Part shown: positions 11,588-24,500 of the stretch, one piece after another | How positions within the stretch are numbered: position 1 is the stretch's first letter | How the letters are laid out: each line of letters begins with the position of its first letter | NCBI GenBank assembly: GCA_003971905.1 | Contig: RSEE01000090.1 | Location: forward strand, 124,001 to 188,000 | DNA: 64,000 nucleotides | Source: Moniliella sp. 'wahieum' | Taxonomy: Eukaryota | Direction: 5' to 3' | The notes under the pieces: generated by a model | What the model was told of the DNA's origin: nothing | The model's input: only the letters and a program-made list of their open reading frames with translations | Databases searched by the model: none | Translations under genes and position numbers: made by a program

Positions 11588-12398
11588 TTACGGACCCAGA
11601 CGCTCCACGGTCCACTTGGCTTCGTTGGCAGGCAAGTCGGTCGTCGCGCGCACATAGCTACAGTAAGAGTCAGTACCTGCCGCACCTGGACAGAGGACGT
11701 GAACATACCGCAGACGGTCATGCAGCCGGTTGGGCCGGCCGGCCCAAAACTCGACCTCGAGTGGCTCAATACGGTACCCCCCCCAGAAAGGTGGACGCGG
11801 CACCTCTGCTGTCTTCCAAGCTTGGTGTCTGCCTCGGAGGGGACGAAAGTAGGGTCAATCCCACTAGCCCCAGGGACAGCGAAATGCGTCTCTTGTGCCT
11901 TGACTCTCTCTACCAACGTCTCCCTCGAAGGGATGATTTCAGATTGTGGGGAGGCCCAGGCGCCCACTTGGGAACCCAAAGGACGGGAGTGGAAGTACTC
12001 TTCTCTCTCTTCGCCAGAGAGCTTGTTGGCGATACCAACGACGCGCACTTGACGGTGCATCGCGCGCCAGTAAAAGTTCAGTCCGACGCGCGGGTTGGAA
12101 GCAATGTCTTGGCCTTTGCGACTGTTGTAGTGTGAAAAACAAACCCCTGGGGGTCGGCCTGCTTCAGCAGCACAGTCCGCGAGGATGGAGTGGCGGTCGT
12201 ATTGCCTTGCTCATCGGTAGTGAGGCGACAGGTAGACACTGTCATGGCCTCGGGCTCCTCGACACGGTCGTCGGCCTGGGCGTGGGCGAACCAGGCCTGG
12301 AACTGGGCCATGGGCGTGGGGAGCAACTCAGCTTCCTCGATGCCGTGGGTGACGTATTGGGTGTGTCCGGCGACGCGGGTGACGGAGGCGCTGGTCAT
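11588..12398 (-). CDS. PDX3: Pyridoxamine 5'-phosphate oxidase
   Basis: [85 protein letters not shown]; split over three frames. Confidence 0.92.
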
Positions 12399-13046
12399 GG
12401 CGGTGCGAGTGAAGGTGGTGGAGGGGGACAGATGGGCAAGATGGGAGAGAAAACAGAGCCATGCGAGCCTCAGCACAAGAGACAGTGGTGGACGTTGGCT
12501 GACTTGGGAGGGCTGGGTCGAGTGGCCTGAGGCGTGAGTCACGGGGTTGCATCGTTTCTGTTTCCGGGCCCGACGCTCAACTGGCTCAACCCGCAATCCG
12601 CTCGGCCTGTCTGGCGGCCAAATCAGGGCAGGGCGTTACTGACTTCCGCTTCCGCCCATCCGCACGTGACATGGTACAGCGTGTGCTCGGTGTTAGTCCC
12701 CATGGAGCATGAGATCGAGACGAGCTGGATGCGCTGGGATGGGCACGACATTGGGGCTTATATATCTAGCACCTCCTGCCTCCTCCACATACTCAGAGGA
12801 CTCTAGTCCCACAGCGTCCTATTCTGTTACTTGTTCCCCCTTCCTAATGGATGCGCAGGACACAGTCATAGCAAAAGCAGTGTACCTCCAACGCTGAGGG
12901 ACAACAATCGGAGCACCCAACTCGATGCGTCCGCCTGGACAGGCCTTCCCAGATCCGGCTGCCGCTCACAAGCACGCCGCGAGCGCCACGTCTCGCACCC
13001 TTTCTGTGGCTTCTTGTCCGCCCCCCCCCCCGGTCGTGCGGCACGC

Positions 13047-13669
13047 TCATGCCTCCGGATCAACACTCGGCGGCACCTCGGGCATGCGGCGAATGACGCG
13101 GTCCTCATTGCGAGTGTGGACGACGAGGCGGTGTCCTACCCTTCCCTCGGTGGTAACGACGCAGTCCACCGTTCCGGTGGGGGTTTTCGCTCGGTGCACC
13201 AGTAGAAAATGTCCCAGTCCGGTTCGTCGCAGCCGATCGAACTCGTCCAGTTCGTCATCCGTGAGCGAGTGCAGGTTGCTCTTGGCCCAGGTGGAAAGAA
13301 TGAGGTCTGTTTCGAGGATGCCGCGCTTGCGGGTCTGGTAAATCAGCCGCGCAATCCGCTTCGGACGTGACTCGTCCTCTCTCGTACGCCCTGGGACACG
13401 AATGGGAGCCCACGTTCCCAGGCCCTCGGTTTGGTATGCTGACGAGAGCGCCTCGTTCAGCTCGTCCGTCGTGTGCGGTTGGGAAGGTGCCGTGGGGGCT
13501 TGTTTTGGGGGTCGACGGCCGGGTGGAAGGGTAGGATAAAGGGGTCGTCGGCGGCGGTGGGTTTGTCGCTCCTGGCCAGCGCCGAGGCGGTAAAGGCACG
13601 CACACGTACCTGGTGGAGCGGAAGGGTGTGCAAGGGCCGGGATAGGACACGAGCAAGCATGGTGGGCAT
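13047..13669 (-). CDS. SDH5: Succinate dehydrogenase assembly factor 2 (flavinylation factor)
   Basis: RLIYQTRKRGILETDLILSTWA..LTDDELDEFDRL (Sdh5/SDHAF2 core); Arg/Ser/Leu-rich mitochondrial-type presequence; frameshifts. Confidence 0.88.
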
Positions 13670-13920
13670 GGGAGCCGAGGCGGTGGGTGGCGGCAGCAGA
13701 ACAGCAGAGGCAGCAGAAGCAGCAGTAGCTGGCCAGCGGCCTCGGCGGCGCAGGTGGTGGATTGGTTGTTCCCGGCGGAATGGCCAGGCAAGCATCACGC
13801 ACCACACTTCGTGTGTCACGCGTCGTGTGGGGGAGTGGCAAATTCCGCCCCTCTGTGTGCATTATCTACGGTTGGGGGTACCGGTTCCCGTTTACCTCTC
13901 GCTCGCCTGTGCTCCCCACC

Positions 13921-15227
13921 ATGCCCAGCCTGTCCCGCACCGACTCGGCCTCGACCGACGGCCGCCTGGCCTCCGCCATCACCTCCGTCGATCTCACCCG
14001 CCCAGAAAGCATCGAACCGCCGCAACGCGCATCGACGCCTCCGCGACGAAGTCCTGCGCGTCTGCCGCCTCCCATCCTACCTGAGTGGGAAGTCTCCTTT
14101 GACGAGGACCTGACCCCTGTTCGCTCGCCTCGTTCTGCGCCGATCGAGTCCCCAGCCAGTCGACAATGCCATGTATCGTGGACCGACGAAGAGGAAGCTG
14201 AGCCCCACGAGGAAGCCGAGCAAGAGGAGTATTCCATCTACCTCCCCACCGAGCCCGGTAAGATTGCTGCGATTTGTCGGTTTGACATTGGCCTGGAGGA
14301 GTGGGTGTCCTACCCTGTTGAGCGGGGCACGTCCTCACTAGTGCGAGCTACGCAAAAGTTGGCGCGAAAGCCTGTGGGACCGGCCCAGCCTATGTGGGAG
14401 TTGGATGAACATCTTCCGCCCCCCCCGAGGGGTGCGGGAACAAACCCGCACTCGCCGCCTAGGACGAATGCACGAATGCGCCGCCAGAATCGGAGGCCCC
14501 AGGGACTCCCTATCCTCGGACCCACGACACTGGGAACAAGCACTCGCCGACGTGTTTAAGCGTCCTACCCCGTTTCTAGGAAAACGAGATGGGTTTAGTA
14601 CCCTGGCCCGGGCTGCCTGCCTCGAGGCCAGCGCCGAAGCGGACCGAGTGCTGGCGATGGAGCGGTTGACTTCACGCAGAGAGCAGTCCGGCATGACCAC
14701 AAGCGGAAGAGCAAGCACAATGGGTACGGACCAGACCATGGACGAGGTGCTCGCCTCCTTTTCCGGCCCAAAGGAAGAGTGGAGGTCGCAAGCGCAACTG
14801 GTGTCGCCATTTGACGCCGACATGATCCCGGACCCTCCTTCCCACCACCTTAGTGTACCCCCTAGCACGGGAAGAAGCCGACGTGCCCGGCCTTCCTCCG
14901 TCTTGCCGCCTCCGCACTCGGGGGTGTTCGACGGCTGCCCGGCCACGGGGGGAGCGGGAAAGGGCCGAGCTGGCCTGGGCCCTCGCTACACACATGGCCA
15001 AGGTCCACGCCGGAATCCGATGGAACAGCAGTGGACTGACAAGACGAGGCGTGGCAAGTTCAACTGTCAATCGCGCCTTTGATCCTCCAGAGCAAGGTGG
15101 GATGGGCGGGGAAACGTTTGGTCTATCAGATCTACTTGGGTTCGGCACAGTGGGACGAGATGGGGCGCGGAGCGAAGCGCTTCCGGCACCTAGGACGAGG
15201 GAGATGTTGTTGGCGTATTTGGACTAA
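13921..15227 (+). CDS. Hypothetical Pro/Ser-rich protein
   Basis: Overlapping + strand ORFs 13762..14559, 14405..15082 and 14853..15227 with coding-like composition; ATG in CCACCATG context; no recognisable domain. Confidence 0.5.
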
Positions 15228-15293
15228 ACGAATGCTGCTGCTACGCACAGGCATCATATGGCGCAATGGCGCACAGGGCCGGTGCGGGATCCC

Positions 15294-17267
15294 TCAGTCC
15301 ACTCGGATGGCAGCATAGATGTGGCGGACGTAGAGGTAGCATGCTGCATAGCCAATCGGGCCAAACAGCAGGAAATCCACCAGGGAGATCAGGCCCAAGT
15401 AGCCCAAATACAACACCTTATTCGCTACTCCAGGCAGGGAGAGCGAAGAGGCCCAAAATACCAACCCATACACGAACAGCCAGAACGCCGATCCTCCGCC
15501 CACGGCAAACGCACGCCAGTGCCATCGATAGTCCTCGTGCGAGAGAGAGAAGTAGCACATCAGCACCGCAACCGCGGCCGTGGTTAGTGCGCTAACGAGG
15601 TAGGTGAGCGCCATAAACCCAAACGCATAGTAGATCTTCGTCCCAAACAGAGCTTAGCACAAAGAAAATCTCCAGCAATGCAGCGGCAAAAGGGAAGAAG
15701 CCACCCAAGAGCGCGGCGGGGTAGGTGTTGAGGTACCACGGCACAGGTGGGATTTGCCGGGGGATGGTGTTGACGCGAGCAGAGGTGCGGAAAGCGCCAT
15801 GGCGGAGACCAAGCCAGGAGCCCAGCAAGGTAAGTGGGACATTGACTAGGAACCAGATGGTGACGAGGGCGAGGAGTGTGCCAAAGGGCACAGCACCCGA
15901 AGAGCGCGAGATGAGGAGGAAGAAGTTAAGGAAACTGCTTTTGTTAGTGTCTACAACAATGGGGGTTGGCTGGTGAGGGGACGAGAGAAAGAGACACACT
16001 TGATAATGGCAAAGATGAGACAGGGGAACAAGGTGGCCGTAAGGAAAATATTGCGCTTCCACCGTTCTCCACCCAAGGATGTGTACATGCGCGTGGAAAC
16101 GTATCCAGCTAGCACGCCAAAGATCATCCAGTTCATGATCATACTCACTCCCAGGGAACCACGGCGGGAAGGGCTCAAGAAGCCTACGGCTGCAAAGAAG
16201 AGCGTGACCGTCGCCATGGCTGCTAATTGGGCACCAGAACCCAGCATGACACTCAACAAGGACGGCGAGGACGGAGAACGGAAGACCTCGCCATGTACCA
16301 GTTTCCATCCGGACTCCTCTTGCACGTCCTCGGAGAGGTCAATGGCTTGATAGCGGTTGATGTCCCGGTTGGTAGAGCGATAAAGGATGGCAATCACCAT
16401 CATGCATGGGCACCCGGCGAGAACGATGCCGTTGAGGAGCGAGAACCAGTGGATCTGAGGATCATCAATTTTGAGGTAATGGTCCCAGCGCGTAGCCCAA
16501 GGCGTAGGAGACTCCAGCCAGTACGTGTTGTAAGTGTAGGCAATGGGCATATCTTTACCTTTGGGGTTGAGCTGGACCGGATCCGCCGCATTGCAGTCGA
16601 TCACTGGGCCAGTGGGAGGGGATCCCGAGAGGGTTTGCCGCGAGTAAGGCCAGACAGAAGCACCCACAACGCGGTACTCATTAGGACCGCGTTGATGGTA
16701 GTCGATATAGATGTCGAAGTGGTTGTATAGTGATGGCGGGTCAAGTTCCTGGCCCGTGATGGAAATAAGCTGGCCAAGGGGGAAGCCGATGGAGTAGAGG
16801 AGTTCGTGAGTAGATTCGAGAATCTGCTTCTGGGCTACTGGGAGGCCATCGACGAGCCAGCGAGAGGCATATCCCTGGCGGATACGGTCGTTGACGAACT
16901 GCATGTCCTTGGCAGGGAAGACCAAGTCGCAGAGCTTGACGCAAGACTCGTTCTTGAGCATGTGGGCTTGGAGCGGGGAGTTGTAGATGCGGTCGCCGAA
17001 CAGGGCACTGCCCAAGCCCTCTGATGCGGCCTCGATTGGCTGGCGTGGACGGCAGAAGTGGAAGCGGGGGTCGTAGTAGTCGTAGGCGACCAGCCCGTGG
17101 ACGCCAGCCTTGTCGGCCTGGGCTTTGGGCTGGATAGAGTTGACACCAAAGGGGACCTGTTCGCCGGCGGTGTAGGAGCGGGGCGCCGAGCCGGGCAGGT
17201 ACCATGCATGGGCTGAGCGGAGCGCCGAGGCTAGGGCCAGCAGCACGCCCACACGCATCCGCACCAT
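15294..17267 (-). CDS. EMP70: Transmembrane 9 superfamily (nonaspanin, Emp70/TMN) protein
   Basis: Signal peptide then WYLPGSAP; WATRWDHYL, IHWFSLLN, EESGWKLVHGEVFRSP, FLSPSRRGSL, SGAVPFGTL, RVNTIPRQIP, EDYRWHWRAF, C-terminal IYAAIRVD; intron near 15940-16000. Confidence 0.93.
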
Positions 17268-17926
17268 TGCGAGCGGGAAGAGGAGCGAGGATGAGGAGGT
17301 GGAGGTGGAGGTGCGGGCTGGATGCGACTCCACTTGGCTCCACGTCAAGACGTGCCGGACGGAGGAGGGCGCTTAGGTCAGCATGCCCCACGGCTGCTTG
17401 CACCTGCGCTCTCCTGCGCTGTCGCGGGCGCATCATGCATCATGCATCATCCATCGCGCCCCATCGAACATCGGCCACGGATTATCACCATCCGTCCCCG
17501 ATCAGCGACCAGCGCCCAGCGACCGCCCCGCGCCACGCCCATCCCATGCGCGGCGGCAGGACATACGGAGGGGTGGGTGTGGGTGTGGATGTCGAGGGCG
17601 GCGGCGGCGGTGCTGGGGATGCGGCTGCGGGCGCGCGCGGCGCACGGCGGGAAGGGCAGGCGGCTGGCTGCGGCTGCTCCAGCTTCCAGCCTGCCCAACC
17701 CACGCGCTGCCACGCGCCGGCCGGGGGTCTCAGCTCCCACACTGCCCCCCGCTCCGGCCTGCCTTCTTCCAGGCCTGGGCCAGTCCCATGCCGGCCTGTG
17801 CCTGCTCGCGCCCTCCTCGGGCCATATGCGACGCGCTGGTCCATGGCCCTTCCACCCCCCCTCCCACCACCACCACCACCCCACCACCACCGGGCCCCCT
17901 CCGCCCTCTCCCCGCTCTCCAGCGCC

Positions 17927-19296
17927 ATGACCGTCTACCAAGCCACCGTCAGTGCCCCGGTCAACATCGCCGTGGTCAAGTACTGGGGCAAGCGCAACAC
18001 CGCCCTCATCCTCCCCACCAACGACTCGCTCAGTGTCACCCTCGACCAGGCCCAGCTCCAGAGCAAGACCTCCGCCCGGGCCGACGCGGCATGGAGCGAG
18101 GACCGCCTCTGGCTCAATGGCGTCGAGGAACAGATCCAGCCTGGTGGACGACTGGACAAATGCATTTCCGAAATCCGCAGCATGCGCAAGAGCCTGGAAG
18201 ACAAGGACCCGTCCCTGCCCAAGGTACGCTCCGCCTTCTGCTTCTCATCTTCTAGAATCGCATACGCATGGATGGCTGACCTTTTCCCCAGCTGTCCGAA
18301 TGGGGCCTGCACGTTGTGTCTGAAAACAACTTCCCCACTGCTGCTGGCCTGGCTTCGTCCGCTTCGGGCTTTGCCGCGCTGACCTATGCTCTGGCCACCC
18401 TCTTCTCCCTCAAGGAGGCCTATAGTATGTCGGAGCTGACGCGTGTCGCGCGGCAGGGAAGTGGCTCGGCCTGCCGCTCGCTCATGGGCGGCTTTGTGGC
18501 GTGGCAGATGGGCACAGAGGAGGATGGGAAGGATAGCCTTGCGGTCAGTGTGGCCGAACAAGCGCACTGGCCCACGCTTCAGGCGCTGATCTGTGTCGTC
18601 TCGGACGCTAAGAAGGGCACCCCTTCCACGGCCGGGATGCAGCGCACCGTCGCTACCTCTCCCTTCCTACAGCGCGTGTGGAGCATGTGGTTCCCAAGCG
18701 GATGCAAGACATGCGCACCGCGATTCAGGCCAAGGACTTTGATGCCTTTGCTGCTCTCACCATGGCCGACTCGAACAACTTTCATGCCTGCTGCCTCGAC
18801 ACCCCCCCCCATCTTCTACCTCAACGATACCTCGCGGGCTGTGATCCAGCTGATCGAGGAGCTCAACCGCGCCTCTCTCGCCGAGGGCGGCAAGCGTCTG
18901 GCCGGGTACACATACGATGCCGGGCCCAACGCGGTGCTCTACCACGAAAAGGAAAATGCCTCCCTCATCCTCAATCTTATCCGCCACTACTTCCCCTCAG
19001 CCGCGTTGGACGACACGTTCAACTTGCTCGGCAAGGGCGCCGGTGCCTCCTTCCGTGGTCCCCAAGAGGAGGTCCCGCTTCCCACCGGGCTGCCCAAGGA
19101 GTTCAACCCGCAGGTCATCCCGGTCCAGGCTGTCGGCGCTGTCAGCCGACTGATCCACACCCAAGTCGGCCCAGGACCGCAAGTGGTGGAGCAAGTGCCA
19201 GAGCAGAAGCCAGCGCCGGTACAGGACAATGGGCTGACGGGACTGTTGGACCCAGCGGGAATGCCTCTGCGGTTGCAGCGTGTCAAGCGGGCGTAA
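17927..19296 (+). CDS. MVD1: Diphosphomevalonate decarboxylase
   Basis: [83 protein letters not shown]; intron 18224-18291; frameshifts near 18675 and 18805. Confidence 0.96.
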
Positions 19297-19397
19297 TATG
19301 TCCTTCGCCCCGTCCCCCCCCCGTCCCCCCTACCCCGCAGGTACAGACTCAATAGAATTGAATTGCATGCGCGCTCGCCTCTTTCCTGCTTGATGAA

Positions 19398-20004
19398 TCA
19401 ATAGGCAAACTAAGAACCGAAAGAGAGGAAGGGCATGTAGTAGTTAATAGCGAGTAGCACACAAATGAAGGACGAGGTGCGAGATGTGGGACGCAAAGAC
19501 GTACTTGGGCCAGGTAGGACTCGGCCACGATCCGAGCACGAGCGTTGAGCGAGAGTTTCATTTCTGAGATTTCCTTGTCGACCTCCTCCATGAACTGGAT
19601 GATGAAGTCGACGAGCTTGTGCTTGAGCATGGACTCGGTGTGCACGTTTGTGATGAGGAAAGAGATGTCGTAGCCCTTGACGGGTTTGCGGCGCAGGACC
19701 ACAAAGTTCTCTGCGCGCTGCATCATGAAGCGGGTGAACTTGGAGCAGAGGATGTGCTCTATGTCGTCGGCCTGCTTGATCTTGATGCTGAGGCGGACCG
19801 AGTTGATCGAGGGCTCAATCAGGACCTGCTCGCTCTCGTTGCGGCAGATCTCGAGCGGCTGCAAGAGCACCTCGGGGTGCGCTGGGTCTCGATCTCGGGG
19901 GCATTGTGGCGCTCAACGGTCTGGGACGCAAAGTTCTCGAGCATGAGCGCCGCCGTGAGGGAGGAGCGGACGCATGCGAGGTACGGGCGCAGCGTGTTGG
20001 ACAT
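19398..20004 (-). CDS. ARC19: Arp2/3 complex subunit 4 (p20)
   Basis: [91 protein letters not shown]; intron 19410-19504, last exon FAY-stop. Confidence 0.95.
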
Positions 20005-20298
20005 GGCGCGAGGGCGGCGGGGATGGTGGGGCTGGGGCGGGCCAGCGTCGCGGCGGCCAACGCCTGCGCGCTGCGCGTGGCTGAGCGGCTGAGCGCCGAC
20101 GATAGCGGAGCGCTGCGACGCTGTGGCCACGTCGGGCCGGCTTAGGTCAGCCGCGAACAGTGAACGTTGAACAGTTGAATGTTGCACATTGGGCATTGAA
20201 CATTGAAACTTCCCACGATCACCCATCCCCCCTGCCTCTTTTCTCGGCCGCCGTCAAAATAATATACCACGGCCACCACCCCCACCCCCACCCCCACT

Positions 20299-21436
20299 AT
20301 GGACACCACCAGCAGGAAGCGCACGCTCGCCCCCCCCGCCGTCCCCACCACCCCCCTCCCTCCTCTCGCCAACAATGCCCGAACCATCCTGCGCCGCGCC
20401 TATGCCGCCGTGCCTGTGCTGCAGTCCGAGCTGGCTCTCTTGTCCCAGATCCAGTACCGCTCCCACGCTCTCTGCGCGCCGCCAAGTTCTACCAGTCGGC
20501 CGAAGGCGTCCTGCGCTCGCTCCGGCGCGTTCTCGGTGACGTTCATCCTGATCCTTCCTCCGTCAAGCGGATACGCCGCAAGGCGCGTAGCCTCCCCGTG
20601 TCTTCCCGTCCCCGGGGCGGGCGCCGCGCGCATTTCCCCGCTGTCCCCTCGGAGGAAGACGCCAAGCGCCCGCTCGCGCCGTGCGTGCTGCGCACTGCCT
20701 TCCTCCAGGGCACGCGCGCTGTCGTATCCATGTACCCTCCCACGCGTAAGAAGAAGACCGGTCTCGTCCCTCCCAAACTCAGTGGCATGCCCAACAAACC
20801 GCCTTCCCCCGCGGCCGCCCGCGCCGCCTGCCTGGCCATCTTGCAAGCCAGCGTCCAACTGGTTGCCCTCCTCGACCGCTGCCAATCTGCCTTTCGCACC
20901 ATTTCCCTCCACATACGCACGCCTCCCGCACCCACCTTTGTTCCCAATGCACTCTCCCTCCTCGCCGTCGCCGCCCGGTCCACATGGCCACGCGGGAAAT
21001 CCTGCTGGGCAAGTCGCCCCCCCTGCCTGTGGTAGGAAGCGAGCCGAGCCAGGGCCTTGTCGCCCTCTATCTTGCGCTTGCCCCTTTTGCCGCAACGCAG
21101 CTGGCGCAGAAGCTGGATGTGTATGCGCTTGTATGTGCGTTGCGTGGGGAACCTACGTTGTCCTCTACGGTCGTTGACCAGCTTCATCCATTGCTCTCTG
21201 CCAGCGTTACCGACACGACTGTGGGAGGCTTGCCTTCTTCTCTGTCTGTGGGAGCAGAGCATGCTGGCCACGGGAGGTGTGCCTTGGCTGACCGATCTTT
21301 GTCTTTCTTCCCCTCTGCCCTCTTTTACCCAGCAGCCGGAGACGGTTCAGGCACCCCAGAACTCCCTTCCCACCGCTACACCTAGTACCACCATCCACCC
21401 TTTGCCTTTGACGACGACCTGGGTGAGGTGGTCTAG
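20299..21436 (+). CDS. Hypothetical protein, possible RNase MRP subunit Rmp1/NEPRO family
   Basis: N-terminal ELALLSQIQYRSHAL(L)RAAKFYQSAEGVLRSLRR resembles the Rmp1/NEPRO helix motif as recalled; acidic C-terminus DDDLGEVV-stop; several frameshifts. Confidence 0.45.
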
Positions 21437-21599
21437 TCTAATTGCATCCCTATACGTTCCCCATTGTTGAATTTGAATGGGCCATTGGGTCACAGCCATA
21501 GTTTGAGTAAAAGAACAAGAGCAAAGAGGGGAAGGCGAAAACGAAGGCCACAACCAAGACAGAGATGGAGGAGCTGGGAGAAGAGGAACAAACACTTGA

Positions 21600-24500
21600 T
21601 CAAAGTTCGTCCAACGCCGCATACTGTTGCTTCAGCCGCCCAATCTCCTGTTGCAGTCGGGCAGCCTCTTGCGCCAAGTCACCTGGACCCTCTTCCTGGA
21701 GGGGCACGGCCGTGCCCAGCCTCACCTCCAGCGCAACCTTGGTGGCAACCTCCTGGGCCAAAGCAGATCGTAACGCTTCCATCTCCCGGTCGGAAGCTTG
21801 CTTCTGCCGCCGGAGCAGGGCCAACTGCTCGTGTTGGGCTTGCAAAGCCTGCTGTATATACGTTAGTTCCAACTCGCAAGAGGATGAAGGCAGAGGCGCG
21901 CGCGGGGGGGGGGGGACTACGTACCATGTGTTCCTTGTCGGCAGAAGAAACCTGCGGTGCCGTGCGTTCTGCGAGGGGGGACCGTGGCATGCGCTCCTTT
22001 TCAGAAACCGCCTTTTCCAGCTCTTGCTCCTTTGTCTGGAGCTCGGCACGCAGGGCCAAGAGGGCGGCTTGGTGAGTTTGCCGTGCCGCCTCAAGCTCCT
22101 TCTTGGGGCCCTCTTGCCGCCTCTGCCGCTTCGTACTTGTTCTGCACAGAGTGGAGTTCGGCCTCCAATTGCGTTGCCCTAGTTTGCACCGTCTGCAGTG
22201 CAGTCATGTGCTCCGTGTGGTTCTGAGCCAACTGAGTTTGCGCTGCCTCCTTCTCGGTCAGAGCAACGTCGAGCTTTGCCTGCACAGAGGAAGCTCGTTC
22301 CGGACCAAAGTGAGCTCTTGTTCGACCTGAGCGGCTTTCTCCTTCACACTCTCCAGGCTGGCAAGACCAGACACGCGGTCAGTTTGGGTTTGCCGCAGCT
22401 CTGCAAGCTCCTTCTCCAACTGGGACAGGTCGTTGGCATGCGCAGCACGTGCTTTTCCAACCGGGCCAGCTGCGCATCTTTTTTTGCAGGACAAGGGTGT
22501 GCTCCTGCTCCACCGTGCGAGCCAAAGACTCGGCCTCGGCCAGTCTCGACTGAAGCTCCGCATGGTCCGCCTGGACCGTTGCCAACTCGGCTTGGGCGGT
22601 CGCATGCTCTGCCTCCACTTGCTTCGCTTGCCCTTCTGCCTGCTCCAGCTGAACTTGGAGGGAGGTGTGCTGCTGCTTGACCTGGTCCAGCTCGGCTTCA
22701 ACGTCTGTGCAATGAGCTTTGATGGCCGTAAGCTCCGCCTGGACTGACTCCACTTGTTTCTCAGTGTCGGCCAACTTGGTTTGGAGCTCAGAGCGCTCGT
22801 TTTCAACTCCTGCCTCCTTCCCTCTCTAGGGACGCATTCGTAGTCTCGGCTTGCTGTAGTTGGGCGCAGAGCGACGCACGGTCGTCTGTCAACTTGGTCA
22901 GTTTCTTCTTGAGCCTGTTCCGCTTGGGTCTGAACCTGCGAGAGCTGAGTGGCAACCGAGGTGCGATCAGTTTCGAGCTGCTTGAGGTCCTTTTGCAACT
23001 GTTCCCGCTCAGCTTCGACCGTGGCTAGCTCGCTGATCCGGGTCTCCAACTGAACCAGTTTCGTCTGCTCCTGCGCTTGGGCCTCCCTCGCCTGTTGCAA
23101 TTGCGACCGGAGCAGTTCACCTCGTCCCTCTCGTCCCTCCCTCGGACAGGGTTTGCCGCACAGCCACTAGATCTCGCTCCAACGCCTCCTTTGCGGACAC
23201 GGCCGTTGCGGCAGTCTCCTGCGCCAAGCTCAATTGGGCTTCCACCTGCTCCTTGGACGAAGACAGAGTCGCATGCTGCTCCTCCAAGTCGTGGTGCTGC
23301 ATCTCTGCCGCTGCGCTGCCAGTTTCGTGCGCAAGGTCTCTGCTTCCTTTTGAACGACCTCATGCTCTTCCGTGAGCTGCGCCCTAGCCTTTTGGCTCTC
23401 CGCCTCGTTTTCCTGAGCGGTAGTGAGTTGGTGCCTGAGCTGCTGTAGGACCAAGTCGTGTTCTTCCGCCGCCTTGGACATAGCAGCACATTCTTCCTGG
23501 GCAGCCGTAGATCGTTTGTCTGCCCCAGCAGAGTTTGTTGGACCTCCTCATGCTCTGCCTGGAGGGTACGCAGGGCTTCGCTCTCCTTTGCCCGCGCCGC
23601 TTGTGTCTCCTCCTGGACAACGTTGGCCTGGCGCAACGCGTCTTGGACCTCGACTAGCTTGGTGTGCGTCGCTTCATGCTCAGTTGTAAGCTGCTCAAGC
23701 GTCGCGTCTTTCTGCGCCAGTCGTTCTGTCATCTCGCCGATCGGGCCGAGAGGGCATCAAATTCGGTCCGCAGGTTATCCAGCTCGCCCTGTCGCGCCAA
23801 CAGATTGTCGTCCGCTTGAGTCAACTTGGCCTGGACCGAGGCGAGGGTATCCGCATGGGCCTCCTGTTGTTGCTTCAGCGAAGTCTGGTGAGCCTCCTCA
23901 GCGGCCTGAAGGGCGGCGTGGTGCGTCTCGCTCTTCTCTGATAAAGCAGCTTGGTGAGCCTCTTCCTTTTGCTGCAACGCCGCATCCAACGCTTCTTTTG
24001 CCTGTTGGCTCGCTTGTCGCTGATCCAGCAGATCGCGCTGTGCTGCGTCCAATTCCCCACGTACGGAAGTGAGGTCGTGGAGGTACGTCTCGCCCTGGTG
24101 CAGGGCATCGGCGTACTTATCCTGCCACTCCTGCAGGGTAGTGCGAAGAGCCTTCGCTTCGCCCTTCTCCCCCTTCAGCTCCTCCTGCACCGAGCTCAGA
24201 GATTTGCGTGCTTCCTCCAGTTCGGCCACAACCAAGGCCTGCGACGCTTTCATCTCATCCAGACGAGCGGTGAGCAGAGCCGTGCCCTCCTCCCCATTTG
24301 CCAGCACCGTCTCGAGCTGAGAGAGGGACGCCTTGGCGGATTCCAGCTCGGCCTGGACCAGCGCCAACGACGCCACCTCCTGGCGCAACGTCTCCTTCTC
24401 CTTCTCCTTGGTTTCTACTTGCTCTTGCATCCGGGCTAGGTGGTCCAGGTTAGTTGTCTTTTCCTCCTGCAGCGCTTGGAGCGTTTGTGCATCGTCTTTG

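Noticed and set aside
12662..12670. CACGTGAC E-box (Cbf1-like), also near 26259, 40098 and 46342
   Set aside because: Plausible promoter sites but short and common; cannot be supported without conservation data
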